A stretch of DNA of 37,115 nucleotides from an uncultured Roseicyclus sp. (lineage in GTDB: Bacteria > Pseudomonadota > Alphaproteobacteria > Rhodobacterales > Rhodobacteraceae): contig CAZPJO010000001.1 of assembly GCA_964586895.1 (NCBI GenBank), positions 255 through 37,369 of the forward strand. Direction: 5' to 3'. Shown in pieces: positions 34,760 through 37,115 of this stretch. Position 1 is the first letter of the stretch. Each line of letters opens with the position of its first letter. The notes below the pieces were generated by a model. That model worked only from the letters and a program-made list of their open reading frames with translations. It did not search any database and was not told where the DNA came from. The translations under genes and the position numbers were made by a program.

Positions 34760-36289
34760 TCACAGCGCGGCCCAGAGCAGCGCAACGGCCAATCCGAGCG
34801 CAAGGCCACCGCCGCCAAGCAACACGCGTTCGGGCCAACGGTTCTCGCGCTTGGGGCGTTCAGTATGGGATTGCGCGATCAAAGCGGCCTCGGCCAGTTG
34901 CGGCAGGCGTGGCCCGAAGCGCGACAAGACCACCGCCGTACGCCAAAGGTCGCGCGCCACCGCTTGCGGGCCAAGGTTGCGCGTGATGTATTCCTCGACC
35001 ACCGGCCGCGCCGCCGCCCAGATGTTCAGATCGGGGTCAAGCGACCTGCCAACACCCTCTACAACCACCATGGTGCGCTGAAGCAGGATCAATTCGGTCC
35101 GCGTCTCCATCCCGAACCGTTCGGTCACCTCGAACAGGAAGGCCAGGAGCCGCCCCATGGAGATCTTGCTGGCCTCCATATCGAAAATCGGCTCGCCCAC
35201 CGAGCGCAGGGCCTGCGCAAATTCATCAACATCACGATCTGCTGGCACGTATCCGGCCTCGAAATGGACCTCGGCGACGCGTTTGTAATCCTTGCGGATG
35301 AACCCCATCAGGATTTCCGCATACACCCGGCGCGTGTATTCATCGAGCCGCCCCATGATCCCGAAATCCAGCGCAATCAGATCCCCGTTCGGCGCAATCT
35401 TGAGGTTTCCCTGATGCATGTCTGCGTGAAAATACCCGTCGCGCAGCGCATGGCGCAGGAACATTTGCAACGCGTCGCGCGCGATCCGCACCTTGTCATG
35501 GCCAGCGGCGTCAATGGCGGTCAGGTCGCTCAACGGCAGGCCCTCGGCCCACCCCAGAACCATCATCCGCCGCGAGGACCGGCCCCATTCGACTTGCGGG
35601 ACAACAAATCCATCGTCGTCCTTGGTGTTGGCGTAGAACTCTCCGGCGGCGGAGGCTTCGATACGCAGGTCCAATTCCTGCAGCACGACCCCTTCGAAAT
35701 GGTCAATCACGTCACGGGGCCGCAACCGCCGCGACGACGGCGACAGGGTCTCGATCAGCGTCGCCATAAGGTGAAACGCGTCCACATCCTTGCGGAACGC
35801 CCGGTCAATGCCCGGGCGCAGAATCTTGACCGCAACGTCGCGCCCTGTATCAGCCAGTGTGGCGCGGTGCACCTGCGCGATGGAAGCGGCAGCAACCGGG
35901 TCCGAGAATGCGCTGAACACCTCTTCCAGCGGGCGGCCCAGCTCCTCGGTCACGACGCGGCGCGCCTCCTCCATGGGAAAGGGCGGCAACTTGTCCTGCA
36001 AGACCTGCAATTCCAAAGCCATTTCCGGCCCGACGACATCGGGGCGCGTCGACAGAATCTGACCAAACTTGATGTAGGCCGGTCCCAACGCCTGAAGCGC
36101 GCGGGGCACGGGCGGCATAGTCGGATCGCCCCGCAGACCGAGCCATTTCAACGGCCAGCCCAGAACACGGGCTGCGACACGGATCGCGCGCGGGGCCTCC
36201 ATCGCCTCAAGCACCGCGCCCATCGCGCCGGTCCGCTCGAACGTGGCACCGGTCCGCGCCAGTCGCCAAATGTTGTGAGGTCCGCGCAC
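34760..36289 (-). CDS. ubiB: ubiquinone biosynthesis protein UbiB (ABC1 atypical kinase)
   Basis: LGP.YIKFGQILSTRPD, AAASIAQVH, VAVK, FHADMH.GN, LDFGIMG; follows ubiE. Confidence 0.96.
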   Translation of the reverse strand: MRGPHNIWRLARTGATFERTGAMGAVLEAMEAPRAIRVAARVLGWPLKWLGLRGDPTMPPVPRALQALGPAYIKFGQILSTRPDVVGPEMALELQVLQDKLPPFPMEEARRVVTEELGRPLEEVFSAFSDPVAAASIAQVHRATLADTGRDVAVKILRPGIDRAFRKDVDAFHLMATLIETLSPSSRRLRPRDVIDHFEGVVLQELDLRIEASAAGEFYANTKDDDGFVVPQVEWGRSSRRMMVLGWAEGLPLSDLTAIDAAGHDKVRIARDALQMFLRHALRDGYFHADMHQGNLKIAPNGDLIALDFGIMGRLDEYTRRVYAEILMGFIRKDYKRVAEVHFEAGYVPADRDVDEFAQALRSVGEPIFDMEASKISMGRLLAFLFEVTERFGMETRTELILLQRTMVVVEGVGRSLDPDLNIWAAARPVVEEYITRNLGPQAVARDLWRTAVVLSRFGPRLPQLAEAALIAQSHTERPKRENRWPERVLLGGGGLALGLAVALLWAAL

Positions 36290-37096
36290 CTAGAGCTTCC
36301 ACCCCGAATGCAGCGCGGCAATGCCCATCGACAGATTGCGATATTTCACCTGTTCGAACCCGGCCGCACCGATCATACCCGCAAAGGCCTCCTGATCGGG
36401 GAACTTGCGGATCGACTCCACCAGATACTGATAAGAGTCCCGATCCCCGGCGATCACCTGCCCCATGCGCGGGATCACGTTGAACGAATACAAATCATAC
36501 AGCTTCTGCATCCCGTCATTGGGCAGTTGCGAAAACTCCAAAACTACCAGCCGCCCTCCGGGCCGCAGCACGCGGTAAGCCTCCGAAAGTGCCTCATTGA
36601 TCCGCACCACGTTCCGAATACCGAAGCTGATTGTATATACGTCAAAGCTGTTATCCGCGAACGGCAGCGCCATCGCATCGCCACAGACCCAATCAATCTT
36701 GTCCGCCATCGCCGCAGCCTCGGCGCGCTTTTCGCCCTCGTCCAACATGCTCTGGGTCATGTCGAACACGGTCGCATGGGCGCCGGGCGCACGCTTGAGG
36801 AACCGAAACGCGATATCGCCGGTGCCGCCCGCCACATCCAAAAGCCTCTGGCCGTCGCGTGGGGCCAGCCAATCCATCATCGCATCCTTCCAGACGCGGT
36901 GGATGCCGACGCTCATCACGTCATTCATCACGTCGTATTTTGAGGCAACGTTGGTGAACACACCATGGACCATCCCGGCCTTTTGATCCTCGGCCACATC
37001 CTGGAACCCGAAATGCGTCGTGCCGCCCTTGGGTGCCTCCACGGTCGTCCCGCCCTCGGGTGCCTCCACGGTCGTCCCGCCCTCGGGCGCGCCCAT
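36290..37096 (-). CDS. ubiE: ubiquinone/menaquinone C-methyltransferase UbiE
   Basis: [44 protein letters not shown]. The frame stays open to the window edge, so the true start may lie further upstream. Confidence 0.96.
   Translation of the reverse strand: MGAPEGGTTVEAPEGGTTVEAPKGGTTHFGFQDVAEDQKAGMVHGVFTNVASKYDVMNDVMSVGIHRVWKDAMMDWLAPRDGQRLLDVAGGTGDIAFRFLKRAPGAHATVFDMTQSMLDEGEKRAEAAAMADKIDWVCGDAMALPFADNSFDVYTISFGIRNVVRINEALSEAYRVLRPGGRLVVLEFSQLPNDGMQKLYDLYSFNVIPRMGQVIAGDRDSYQYLVESIRKFPDQEAFAGMIGAAGFEQVKYRNLSMGIAALHSGWKL
37017..37090. repeat. 27-bp in-frame tandem repeat (about 2.7 copies) in the ubiE 5' end
   Basis: GTCGTGCCGCCCTTGGGTGCCTCCACG / GTCGTCCCGCCCTCGGGTGCCTCCACG / GTCGTCCCGCCCTCGGGCGC, encoding AP(E/K)GGTT(VE). 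Confidence 0.9.
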
Positions 37097-37115
37097 CTCG
37101 AAATCGCGGTCTTTT

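Noticed and set aside
34865-36943. 692-aa plus-strand ORF antisense to ubiB/ubiE
   Set aside because: Shadow ORF typical of GC-rich codon bias. It has no recognisable motifs and fully overlaps two conserved genes.
1-37115. Mobile elements, CRISPR arrays, tRNA/rRNA genes, defence systems
   Set aside because: I saw no transposase, integrase or cas motifs, spaced repeat arrays or RNA gene signatures. Nearly all the sequence is explained by the CDSs listed.

Overview
GC-rich alphaproteobacterial DNA (Rhodobacterales/roseobacter type, inferred from gene content and order). Most of the window (about 2830-34760) is one apparently intact flagellar cluster of the Caulobacter/roseobacter type: motB-flgEKLI, fliF-fliH-fliN-fliP-orf (minus), fliL-orf-motE-motA-large periplasmic protein, flhA-fliR-flhB-orf, flgBC-fliEQ-flgFGAH-fliL2 (minus), fliI, flgJ-flgN-flagellin-flaF-flbT-DUF1217 (minus), fliK-flgD. 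CtrA-like boxes lie in several promoters. On the left are the end of a TRAP permease gene, two Lin0512-family genes and pobA-pcaC; on the right are ubiB and ubiE. I saw no canonical fliG, fliM, fliD, fliA/flgM, chemotaxis genes, mobile elements, CRISPR or RNA genes. The most notable observations are (1) a 157-aa orphan ending the fliF operon that looks like a truncated FliG lacking the torque domain, (2) a flagellin leader with a perfect 11-nt complement of flagellin codons 3-7 that can alternatively fold into a local hairpin, and (3) an enlarged flagellin with an internally duplicated surface domain. All assignments come from motif recognition by eye; no searches were run.
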